A stretch of 64,000 nt of DNA from Candidatus Latescibacterota bacterium (GTDB taxonomy: Bacteria > Latescibacterota > UBA2968 > UBA8231). Below, one piece after another: positions 36,831 to 45,348 of the stretch. A program made the position numbers and the translations under genes. The stretch's first letter is position 1. Each line of letters starts with the position of its first letter. Under the pieces are notes generated by a model, which saw only the letters and a list, made by a program, of their open reading frames with translations, was not told where the DNA came from and did not search any database. The stretch is from positions 6,016,001 through 6,080,000 of the forward strand of contig OZ244561.1 of the NCBI GenBank assembly GCA_965217585.1, read 5' to 3'.

Positions 36831-37994
36831 ATGGAAATAAAGAGGCGATTTTTCCAGGCATCGGAGACCAGCTTCTTCCTCTTCGGTCCTCGCGGCACAG
36901 GCAAGTCAACCTGGCTTCATGCTCATTTGCAGGACGCCTTGCTCGTGGATCTGCTCGCTCCAGAGACGTATCGGCTCTACGCAGCCCGTCCCGAGCGACT
37001 GCGGGAGTTCATCGCTGGCAATCCCGCCAAGGACACCGTCATCATCGACGAGGTGCAAAAGCTTCCCGAGTTGCTGGACGTGGTCCACCAGCTCATCGAG
37101 CAGCACAGATCGCTCAGGTTCGTCCTTACCGGCTCCAGCGCGAGAAAACTGAAGCGCACCGGGATTGACCTACTGGCCGGCCGAGCCGTGCTCAAGACCA
37201 TGCACCCCTTTATGGCCGCTGAACTGGGGGCTGCCTTTGACCTAGAGGGCGCCCTGCGCTTTGGCCTTGTGCCCTTGGTCGTGGACTCTGCATCTCCCGC
37301 AGAGGTGCTCGGCGCGTATGCCGCTCTTTACCTGCGAGAAGAAGTTCAGATGGAGGGCTTGGTGCGCAATGTCGGCAATTTCTCGCGCTTTTTGGAAGCC
37401 ATCAGCTTTTCTCATGGATCGGTGCTGAGTGTTTCCGCGGTTGCTAGGGAATGCCAAGTCGAGCGGAAAACCGTCGAGGGGTACATCGACATTTTGGAGG
37501 ATTTGTTGTTGTGTTTTCGGGTGCCGGTGTTTGCCAAGCGGGCCAAAAGGCACCTGATCGTCCATCCTAAATTTTACTTCTTTGATGCAGGCGTCTTTAG
37601 ATCGCTGCGGCCGTCCGGACCGCTCGATCGCCCCGAAGAAATACACGGCAGCGCTCTAGAGGGACTGGTGGCTCAGCATCTGCGGGCTTGGAACGCGTAC
37701 GGCGGCGAGCACTACACCCTATTCTTTTGGCGCACTAAGTCTGGGAGAGAAGTCGATTTTGTCCTCTACGGGCCGGAAGGCTTTTGGGCTTTGGAAGTCA
37801 AAAACACCCGCACCATCCGCCCGAGCGACCTCAACAGCCTGCGCGCTTTCAAACAAGACTATCCCGAAGCCGAGGTGTGCTTGCTGTATAGAGGAGAAGA
37901 GCGGATCGAAATACAGGAAATACGCTGCCTGCCCTGCGACGAATTTTTGCAAGGGCTGGTACCGGGCCGACCTTTGCTAGCCCACACCTATTGA
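36831..37994 (+). CDS. AAA_14 ATPase with C-terminal DUF4143 / PD-(D/E)xK-like domain
   Basis: Walker A GPRGTGKS, Walker B IIDEVQ, 'LTGSS', 'LAGRA', 'PKFYFFDAG', 'WRTKSGREVDF...ALEVK'. Confidence 0.9.
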   Translation: MEIKRRFFQASETSFFLFGPRGTGKSTWLHAHLQDALLVDLLAPETYRLYAARPERLREFIAGNPAKDTVIIDEVQKLPELLDVVHQLIEQHRSLRFVLTGSSARKLKRTGIDLLAGRAVLKTMHPFMAAELGAAFDLEGALRFGLVPLVVDSASPAEVLGAYAALYLREEVQMEGLVRNVGNFSRFLEAISFSHGSVLSVSAVARECQVERKTVEGYIDILEDLLLCFRVPVFAKRAKRHLIVHPKFYFFDAGVFRSLRPSGPLDRPEEIHGSALEGLVAQHLRAWNAYGGEHYTLFFWRTKSGREVDFVLYGPEGFWALEVKNTRTIRPSDLNSLRAFKQDYPEAEVCLLYRGEERIEIQEIRCLPCDEFLQGLVPGRPLLAHTY

Positions 37995-38017
37995 CCTTTC
38001 ACACAGGAGTTTGCACG

Positions 38018-38911
38018 ATGACCGGTTCCGCCTACCGCATCGCCCCGCCCGGCTTTACCGACGACGAGTGGGAAACTTTCAACCGCGATGGGATCCTCTT
38101 CTTTGAAGATGCCCTCGATCAGGAGGCGCTCGACGAACTCGCCGCCGCCATTGACCGCGTTTGCCAATCCAGCCCCAAATACCGGGAGGGGCAAACCTTC
38201 GGCTGCCAAAATATCGTCGAGCGCGATCCCGCCTTTGCCGCGCTGATTGACCACCCTCGCCACATCGGCTACGCCTACGACCTTTTTGGCGAATTGCTCA
38301 AGCTGCACCAGAGCCAGTTTTTTATTCGTCCGCCCGGCGGCGAGCGCTACAATATCTGGCATCCCGACGGTGCCCGCGCCGTGCCGTACGGCACCTTCTC
38401 GCCCGATTTGCCGCTGCAAATCAAGATCGGCTTGTGGCTGACCGACCTGCCGCGGGCCAAAATGGGCAATCTAGTGGTCCTGCCCGGCAGCCACCGCAAG
38501 CAATACGTCGATGAGTACGATAGCCACCAGCCGATCTCGGGCGAGCGGGTGGTCTGCCTGCGCAAGGGCACCATGACCTTCATGCACTCGAGCATCTGGC
38601 ATCGCGTCGAGCCCAACGAGAGCGACGTGGTGCGCAAGAATATCTTCTACGCCTACTGCCCAGCTTGGGTCACCCCAGCCGACCGCCTCCAGTCCGATCC
38701 CGCTTGGCTCGCAACACTCAACCGCGAACAGCGCATCATCATGCGTTCCTACACCAACGCTTATCACAACGCCAAACCCCCGGCCTCCGACTTCCCGCTC
38801 TTCCTCGACCGCGAGACCGGCTTAGACCGCGACCCCGACGCCTACCGCGATGAGGTCGCGTTGCATCGCCGCAAGCGTCGCACTTGGGCCGAGCGCAAGC
38901 GATCCGCTTAG
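38018..38911 (+). CDS. PhyH family Fe(II)/2OG dioxygenase
   Basis: AGGAG RBS before ATG 38018; 'FNRDGIL', WHPD, 'VLPGSH', distal His (IWHRV). Confidence 0.85.
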   Translation: MTGSAYRIAPPGFTDDEWETFNRDGILFFEDALDQEALDELAAAIDRVCQSSPKYREGQTFGCQNIVERDPAFAALIDHPRHIGYAYDLFGELLKLHQSQFFIRPPGGERYNIWHPDGARAVPYGTFSPDLPLQIKIGLWLTDLPRAKMGNLVVLPGSHRKQYVDEYDSHQPISGERVVCLRKGTMTFMHSSIWHRVEPNESDVVRKNIFYAYCPAWVTPADRLQSDPAWLATLNREQRIIMRSYTNAYHNAKPPASDFPLFLDRETGLDRDPDAYRDEVALHRRKRRTWAERKRSA

Positions 38912-39708
38912 GCTTCGGCCCGCTTTTCAAACAGCCACATCCCGATCCCCATGGCCGCCAGTCCGACGAAGATCGAGTACGCGAGGAACATGAAACTGAG
39001 CTTGATAGACTCCGGGTTTAGTCCTATCGGCTCGTTAGAATCGTAGTCGAACCAGAGCGTTACTTCGTGTGCGCCGGGCAAGTCGAGCACATCGGGAAGG
39101 GTGCTAAAGTAGAAGTACAACACGCCTAAGACGAATGCAGTAGAAGCGAGGCCAGTAAAGCGCCGCACCACCAACTTCAGGCCGGAGGCTCCGCCGGCAA
39201 TGCCCAGCATCACTGCCATCGCCGATAGGTAGAACACTCCGCTGATAACTAGGATGTCCACCGCGATGTCGCTGAACAGGGGGAGCCTATGTAGGTCGTG
39301 CTGGGCTGCGAGCGCATGCAATTCTCCGACAACGGTGATAAAACCGGCGCTGCTCAACGCGAATAAGACGATGCCGAGCGTTGCCACGGCCGCGGCTTTG
39401 GCCGCAAAAATTTGCGTGCGCGATACCGGCAGGGAGAGAAGCAGATAATGGGTCTGTCCTTTTACCTCTTGGGCGAACGAGTGGCTGAGCAAGAAAGGCA
39501 GGATCAGTAAAAACCCATAGGGAACCACGCTCCACAGGAAGTGGGGCGAGAAGTTCTCCCCCTGCATATCGGGCGACCACAGGTCGATGCTGGACCCTAG
39601 CGACCATACCGCAACGATCTCCAGAAAGACCGTCAGCAGCGGCAGCAAGACGAACAGGGTGCGATTGTCTTTTATTTCTTTTATATACAGCGTCTTCCAA
39701 GTATTCAC
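38908..39708 (-). CDS. ABC-2 type transporter permease
   Basis: About 6 TM segments, 'LYIKE', 'E.KGQT.YLLLSLPVSR.QIF.AK'; 4-bp overlap with the ATPase. Confidence 0.8.
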   Translation of the reverse strand: MNTWKTLYIKEIKDNRTLFVLLPLLTVFLEIVAVWSLGSSIDLWSPDMQGENFSPHFLWSVVPYGFLLILPFLLSHSFAQEVKGQTHYLLLSLPVSRTQIFAAKAAAVATLGIVLFALSSAGFITVVGELHALAAQHDLHRLPLFSDIAVDILVISGVFYLSAMAVMLGIAGGASGLKLVVRRFTGLASTAFVLGVLYFYFSTLPDVLDLPGAHEVTLWFDYDSNEPIGLNPESIKLSFMFLAYSIFVGLAAMGIGMWLFEKRAEA

Positions 39709-40394
39709 GCTACCACCTCCTCGAAAATGTCGCTGAGCGACATGCCGCGGTTTTGCCTCAACTCTTCGATGTTGCCGCTGACAGCAATCTCGCCGTGGCG
39801 CAGGAAGGCTACCTCTTCTATCAGCTCTTCCACCTCGCTGACGAGATGAGTCGATAGCAGAATCGTCTGCTCCCCGGCACGAAACTCACTCAGCAAGGTC
39901 TCCAAGATGCGTCGGCGCGACGGCGGGTCGATCCGTCCCAGCGGCTCGTCCATGAGCACTAACTCGCTTGGCCGCGAAAAGGCGGCTACTACTTTTAGCC
40001 GCGCCCGCTGACCCTCGGACAGGGTGCCGATTTTCCGGTGGCTATCAACGTTCATCAGGCCGAGTAGTTCGCGGGATTTGTCCATGTCCCAGCCCGGAAA
40101 GAACTCGGCTAGGAATTCGAGCTGCTCGCTGACGCCCATCCAGTCGTAAAACGGATTGACCTCGGGCAGATACGAAGTGATGCGGCGCGTTTGCACACCG
40201 ACCGGTTGGCCCGAGATACTGGCGCTGCCTTCGCTGGCGTGGGCGACGCCGGCGAGGATTTTGAAGAGCGTGCTCTTGCCGCTCCCATTTTCGCCGAGAA
40301 TGCCCATTACCCGGCCTTTTTCGACGGTTAGGGAGATGCCCCCCAAGGCCGTCACGCCGGCGTATCGCTTCCACAGGTTCCTTACTTCTATCAT
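39705..40394 (-). CDS. ABC transporter ATP-binding protein (YtrB-like)
   Basis: GENGSGKS, LSEGQ signature, LMDEP, STH. Confidence 0.92.
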   Translation of the reverse strand: MIEVRNLWKRYAGVTALGGISLTVEKGRVMGILGENGSGKSTLFKILAGVAHASEGSASISGQPVGVQTRRITSYLPEVNPFYDWMGVSEQLEFLAEFFPGWDMDKSRELLGLMNVDSHRKIGTLSEGQRARLKVVAAFSRPSELVLMDEPLGRIDPPSRRRILETLLSEFRAGEQTILLSTHLVSEVEELIEEVAFLRHGEIAVSGNIEELRQNRGMSLSDIFEEVVA

Positions 40395-40765
40395 AGCTTC
40401 ACCTCCTCTAAGATTTCGCGCAGCAGGTCGTCGATTTGGTCGGGGGAGAGCGCCAAGTCGCGGATCTCGGCGACAATGCGGTCGCGCGCGGTCCCGGCTA
40501 GGGCGCGGCGCTCGCTGTCGATGCGTTTGGCGCTCTTGGTTATCGACGATCCCTCGCCGCGTCGCGTGGTTATGAATCCTTCGCGCTCCAATTCCATATA
40601 GGCTCTGGACATGGTATTGGGATTGACGCCCATCTCCTTGGCCATTTCCCGCACCGACGGCAAAGGGCCTCCGGCCTGATAGACGCCTTGGACGGTGCGC
40701 TTTTTCACCGCCTCGATGATCTGCAAATAGATGGGGCGGGTGGGATCAAAATCGAGCGGCATCAT
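40391..40765 (-). CDS. GntR family regulator, YtrA subfamily
   Basis: 'PIYLQI...LPSVREMAKEMGVNPNTMSRAYMELEREG...RRGEG', short C-terminal helices; start set to ATG 40765/40762. Confidence 0.9.
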   Translation of the reverse strand: MMPLDFDPTRPIYLQIIEAVKKRTVQGVYQAGGPLPSVREMAKEMGVNPNTMSRAYMELEREGFITTRRGEGSSITKSAKRIDSERRALAGTARDRIVAEIRDLALSPDQIDDLLREILEEVKL

Positions 40766-40779
40766 TTTTATCTCCGCTA

Positions 40780-41031
40780 TTATTCGGCCGCGAGGCTGTC
40801 GCTGCCGGAGACGGAAAAGGCGACCAAGAAATCGTAGAGCCAAGAGCGCAGGTCGGCTTGTTGCTCGGGGGTAATGGAAATGTCCGCCTCGATGGCCTGT
40901 TGCAATTCGTCGCCGGCCTTGATCTTGATCGTCGGGTGTCTGTCGGTATCGGGTGCGCCTCTAGGGACGGCAGCAGCCGTGCCGACGGTGAACCAAGCGG
41001 CGATTAGGGCGAAAATGGCTACGGGTTTCAT
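40780..41031 (-). CDS. Short exported protein, truncated paralogue of 41120-41932 (possible pseudogene)
   Basis: GAGGAGG RBS, signal peptide; 'ITPEQQADLRSWLYDFLVAFSVSGSDSLAAE*' matches an internal block of the upstream gene. Confidence 0.65.
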   Translation of the reverse strand: MKPVAIFALIAAWFTVGTAAAVPRGAPDTDRHPTIKIKAGDELQQAIEADISITPEQQADLRSWLYDFLVAFSVSGSDSLAAE

Positions 41032-41076
41032 GGTGTCCTCCTCGTGTGAATGGTTGGGCGATTCTTGTGGATGGTT

Positions 41077-41104
41077 GTAGGGGCGACCGGCCGGTCGCCC
41101 CTAC
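41077..41104. repeat. REP-like 28-bp perfect palindrome (GTAG family), copy 1
   Basis: GTAGGGGCGACCGGCCGGTCGCCCCTAC, identical to 48371-48398. Confidence 0.85.
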
Positions 41105-41119
41105 GGGGTCAAAATGCGC

Positions 41120-41932
41120 TTATATGGCCGAGAAGAGGAAAGGATTCGGTAGTTTGGAGGTGTAGACGACCTCTACAAAGCGCCACATCGTCCGCTCTGG
41201 ATCCCAGACCAGCCGACAAAAGAAGGGCGTGCAGATCGGTCCTTCCGACCCGGCGAACTCCGCCGGCTCTTCGGTGACAAACGCGATGTCGGTGAAGACC
41301 CGCTTCTCGCCAGCCCGCAGCGCCGATTCAATCTCTTGCTGCAATTTGAACCTCGCCTTGACAATGTCCCTCGGGTAAGCCTGATAGCGCTCGTAGTGGC
41401 CCTGCATCTCAAACACCTTGAACGTGCTGTGGCGGAAGAAGGCATTGCCAAAGCGGTAGTCATAGCCTTGATCGTCGAGGACGGCGCGGTGCATGGCTTG
41501 GAACAGGTCAAAGGGCGTGTCGCCTTTGGGGATGCCCCAACGCTCTAAGGTCTCTTGCATGTTCTTCAAGGCCCTAGGGTTGTTGACGCCCTCGCGCAGG
41601 TAAAACTGGGCGGCGAGGCTGTCATTGCCAGAGACCGAAAAGGCGACGAGAAAGTCGTAGAGCCAGCCGCGCAGGTCGGCTTCTTGCTCGGGGGTGATGG
41701 GGACGCCCGTTGCGATGGGGCCCGTCGCAACGGGGATGGTCGCAATGGCCTGCCACAACTTGGGACCGGCTTTGACCTTGATCTTCTTCGCGGTGTGGAT
41801 GTACTCCAGCAAGCCTTGGAGTTTGTCGAGACGGGGCTCAAAGCCCCCTTGCGGGTAATTGGTCTCGACGGCTGTTGCGCTGGAGACGGCGATCAGCGCG
41901 AGAGATAGGATGCGAATGGCTAAGCGTTGCAT
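41120..41932 (-). CDS. Hypothetical exported protein, first gene of the YtrA-type operon
   Basis: AAGGAGG RBS, signal peptide (ATA|V), 270 aa, no recognised motif. Confidence 0.7.
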   Translation of the reverse strand: MQRLAIRILSLALIAVSSATAVETNYPQGGFEPRLDKLQGLLEYIHTAKKIKVKAGPKLWQAIATIPVATGPIATGVPITPEQEADLRGWLYDFLVAFSVSGNDSLAAQFYLREGVNNPRALKNMQETLERWGIPKGDTPFDLFQAMHRAVLDDQGYDYRFGNAFFRHSTFKVFEMQGHYERYQAYPRDIVKARFKLQQEIESALRAGEKRVFTDIAFVTEEPAEFAGSEGPICTPFFCRLVWDPERTMWRFVEVVYTSKLPNPFLFSAI

Positions 41933-42031
41933 GATGCCCTCCTTGTGGAAGAGTGCGGGTTGTTGCTTCGGTAAGCACTACCGTATCCCTCCTTTCTGGT
42001 AGGGGGTTCATTTATTGTCCTATCGTATCAG

Positions 42032-42072
42032 TGTTCTATCTACATAGTACAATATTATTGTGGACAAATCAA
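42032..42072 (-). promoter_or_regulatory. Sigma70 promoter with overlapping YtrA-type operator
   Basis: Minus strand TTGATT (42072-42067)-17 nt-TACTAT (42049-42044); palindrome TGTTCTAT-CTAC-ATAGTACA (42032-42051) overlaps the -10 box. Confidence 0.7.
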
Positions 42073-42203
42073 GAGTTTTTTTGCAGCGGCTTCCCCCGCT
42101 CGGAGGGTAATTTTATAGATTGTTATTTATTAAGGACTTACGGATATTTTGCAGAGTGCGTCTTTGCCAGCCCGCACGGCGTGGTAGGCAAGTGAGAAGT
42201 TAA

Positions 42204-43349
42204 TTACTCGCCGTTTACTAACAACTCGCCGATGGGTTGGGCCGCCTTCAGACCGTGACCCGAAAGCACGGCCACGATCCGCTGACCCGGCTCCACCAGA
42301 CCGGCGGCTCGGGCTTGGCGCAGGCCGTCCCATATCACAGCCGAAGTAGGCTCCACGCAAAAACCGGCCCGGCCCAACTGGCGCAAGCCCCGGACTATGG
42401 CCTCTTCGGAGACGGCGACTACGGTACCTGCTGACTGGCGCAAGGCGTTGATGACTTCGCGGTCTCTAACCGGGCGGGGTAGGGCAATGCCCTCGGCCCG
42501 GGTGGGACGCGGAGAAGCGGCGGGGGCGACCACGTCCAAGCCGGCGTGGAAGGCCTGGTACAGCGGCGAGACGTGTTCGGCCTGGACGGCAATGAGGCGC
42601 GGCAGGCGGTTGACCAGCCCGGCCCGCTGCAAATCGACAAAGCCGCGGTACAGGCCCAGTAAGATGCTGCCGGCTCCCACTGGACAGATCACTGCGTCGG
42701 GGGCGGTCCAGTCGAGTTGCTCGGCCAGTTCAAAGGCTAGGGTTTTGAGGCCTTCTATAAAGAGGGGGTGCCACAGGTGCGAGGCGTACACGGCCCCAGT
42801 GCGGTCAATGTAGTCGAGCAGCGCCTCGGTGGCCCGGGGGCGCGGTCCTTCCACCGCAATCAGTTCGGCTCCGTACAGGCGGATCTGAACCAGTTTGCCC
42901 GCCGAGGCCGCAGCCGGACAAAAGACTTTGAGGCGCACTTTGGCGCGGGCCGCGTACGCGGCTAGGGCGGCCCCGGCGTTGCCCGAGGAGTCCTCTACTG
43001 CTTCCTCTATGCCCAAGGCGTGCAAATAGCTTATAAGCAGGGCGGCCCCGCGGTCTTTGTACGAGCCGGTGGGCAGGGTGTGGTCGCATTTGGCCAGGAC
43101 CGTCATACCCTCCAGATCAAAGGGGATTAGGGGGGTGCGGGCCTCGCCGAGAGAGACGGGATCGCCCACCGGGGGTAGGGCTTCGCGGAAGCGCCACATA
43201 TCCGCGAGACGGGCGGCGATCTGGTCGCGGGGGAAGGTCGGGGTGGGGTACCGGCATTCGAGGGGTGCGTCGCAGGCGAGGCAGCGGTAGGGAGCCGGGG
43301 CTTGGGGATAGGGGGTCTGGCAGGCGGAGCAGTGGAAGGTGAGGGGCAT
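42204..43349 (-). CDS. thrC: Threonine synthase-like PLP enzyme (fold type II)
   Basis: N-terminal CxxC...CxxC, 'SLGEARTPL', 'PTGSYKDRGA', 'SSGNAG', 'EGLKTLAFE', 'EPTSA', 'SGHGLK'. Confidence 0.8.
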   Translation of the reverse strand: MPLTFHCSACQTPYPQAPAPYRCLACDAPLECRYPTPTFPRDQIAARLADMWRFREALPPVGDPVSLGEARTPLIPFDLEGMTVLAKCDHTLPTGSYKDRGAALLISYLHALGIEEAVEDSSGNAGAALAAYAARAKVRLKVFCPAAASAGKLVQIRLYGAELIAVEGPRPRATEALLDYIDRTGAVYASHLWHPLFIEGLKTLAFELAEQLDWTAPDAVICPVGAGSILLGLYRGFVDLQRAGLVNRLPRLIAVQAEHVSPLYQAFHAGLDVVAPAASPRPTRAEGIALPRPVRDREVINALRQSAGTVVAVSEEAIVRGLRQLGRAGFCVEPTSAVIWDGLRQARAAGLVEPGQRIVAVLSGHGLKAAQPIGELLVNGE

Positions 43350-43485
43350 GGGTGAATTGGGGATTGGCAGTGTGTGCTGCCGCGACTATCGGTTCTAAGC
43401 GGCTAGGATTACTTTAAAATTTACGCCTTTTCATAATAATAACCACGTGATGTTTTAGTAGAATTCTTACTTGGAGGACATACCG

Positions 43486-45327
43486 ATGGCCGCCGACGTG
43501 CAAGACCTTGAACCCACTTGGGCCCACCGCACCGACGATGTTGACACCAAGGTCGAGATTCTGCGGCGGGCGCTGCGCACAGGGAACCACGAGCTGGCTC
43601 TGGGCGTGGCCGACTCCATCAAGGACACCATCGCCAATGAGCGCATGCTGCGTGCAGACCCGGGGCCTGTCGACCTGCCCGCCACTGGGTGGCACCTGAC
43701 TGAGCAGCTACCCAAGCCCTGGTCCCGATGGGCCGACGGTTGGGAGTTGTGCCAGACCGTGCGGCTTAGCGAGCCCATTGGCCAGGCGCGGCAGTCCGAG
43801 CCGCTGGACCTCCTCGTGGCGATGCCCGCGGAAAGGGTGACCGCGCCGGAACGCGAGCTGCGTGTCGCCCGGCTCGACCGCGGTCGGCCGGGCGAGGTTT
43901 GCAGCCAAGTCTATGGCGCGGTCCGTCGCGGTCCATACTGGTTCGCCCACTTGGTCTTCGAGGCCGATGTCCCCGCCGCTGGTCAGGCCGTGTTTCTCAT
44001 CTTCTGCGGCAACCCCGCCGCCGAACTGCCCGACTACCCGAGCCGCCTGAGCATCCGGGGAGAGGGTGTCGGTGTGGAGGTCGAGACCCCCCACTACGTG
44101 GCCGCTCTCTCCCGGCAGATGGGCCAACTGGAGTCTCTGACACCCAAGTGGCACCTAGGCGGGCTGCGGTTGTCCACGCACGGGAACGGCCACGGCGAGC
44201 CACCCAATATCGACTGGGCCCACGATTACACCACGGCCGGTGCCTTTCAGAAAATGCGGGTGACAAACTGGGCCGAGTGTCCCCACTACGAAGTGGTGCG
44301 CGGTCCCTTGTGCGCCCGGGTGCGGCGTTTTGGCTTCCCTCACAGTCCAGTACACCCGCTATTCACGCCCAGCCGCTTTTTCATGGACCTGACCTATACC
44401 TTCTACGCCGGAGTCCCCTATTTCCTGAAGGATGGCCGCATGGAGGCGACACGCGACTTCTGTGCGCATGTGGCCCGTGATGACGAGTGGTACTTCGGCG
44501 GCCGGCCTTTCGATGCGTCCCTGTGGATGGACGAAGCCGGTCGCGTCCACGAGGGGCCGGTGCCGCCGGAGCAGATCGACCACGTCTGGGGCGTGGGCTT
44601 CTATCATCGTCAGAGTCGGGACAGCCTATTCGCCATCTATCTGGACCATCACCTTGAAGGATCGCCCACTGCCGGCCCGGAGGCGACGTCAAAAGCCAAG
44701 CTCTATCAGCACCTCGACGTCACCCTCGACCATGCCAAGCCGGGCCAGCCGCCGCACGCGTCGGTTTGGTGTCGGCCCATGCTGCGCGACAACGCTTGGC
44801 TCCAGACCGGCTTGTCTCTCGTGCAGCGCAACGCCTACCTGCTGGCACCGTATCCCGAGCAGGGCGGTGCCGCTGGGCTGGAAGCGCTGCGCGAGCGACT
44901 GTTGTCTCCTCTGATTGTCGCGGTGGACGTGCCCGCATTTGCGGACTGGAGCGACGAGGCGTCGGAAGGGGGCCAACCCCTAGCTCGTATCGGTGAGCGC
45001 CCCGCTGACTGGCCGCGGAAGCGCGCGCTGTGGGAAGCCATGCGGGAGGTTCGCGAGGACCAGTTCAACAGCACCGTGGACGCCAGCTTGGTGGACATGG
45101 GATACATCTACGACGTGCGCACGCACGGCAACGACGTTCGCGTGGTGATGACGATGCCGCACCGAGGGCGCCCGAAGTACGACTTCCTTGCCCAACCACT
45201 GCGGGCGCGGCTGGAACAGCTACCGGGCGTCCGTTCTGTCGTTGTTGAATTGACCTGGGAGCCGGCTTGGACGCCGAATCGCCTCACGGACGTCGGTCGC
45301 CGGCTGATGGGACTGGCTGAAGAGTAA
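43486..45327 (+). CDS. Hypothetical protein with C-terminal DUF59 / FeS_assembly_P (SufT/PaaD-like) domain
   Basis: GGAGG RBS; C-terminus 'SLVDMGYIYDV...VRVVMTMP...VVELTWEPAWTPNRLTDVGRRLMGL'. Confidence 0.7.
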   Translation: MAADVQDLEPTWAHRTDDVDTKVEILRRALRTGNHELALGVADSIKDTIANERMLRADPGPVDLPATGWHLTEQLPKPWSRWADGWELCQTVRLSEPIGQARQSEPLDLLVAMPAERVTAPERELRVARLDRGRPGEVCSQVYGAVRRGPYWFAHLVFEADVPAAGQAVFLIFCGNPAAELPDYPSRLSIRGEGVGVEVETPHYVAALSRQMGQLESLTPKWHLGGLRLSTHGNGHGEPPNIDWAHDYTTAGAFQKMRVTNWAECPHYEVVRGPLCARVRRFGFPHSPVHPLFTPSRFFMDLTYTFYAGVPYFLKDGRMEATRDFCAHVARDDEWYFGGRPFDASLWMDEAGRVHEGPVPPEQIDHVWGVGFYHRQSRDSLFAIYLDHHLEGSPTAGPEATSKAKLYQHLDVTLDHAKPGQPPHASVWCRPMLRDNAWLQTGLSLVQRNAYLLAPYPEQGGAAGLEALRERLLSPLIVAVDVPAFADWSDEASEGGQPLARIGERPADWPRKRALWEAMREVREDQFNSTVDASLVDMGYIYDVRTHGNDVRVVMTMPHRGRPKYDFLAQPLRARLEQLPGVRSVVVELTWEPAWTPNRLTDVGRRLMGLAEE

Positions 45328-45348
45328 GAAAGGGGCGGGTCGAAAACC

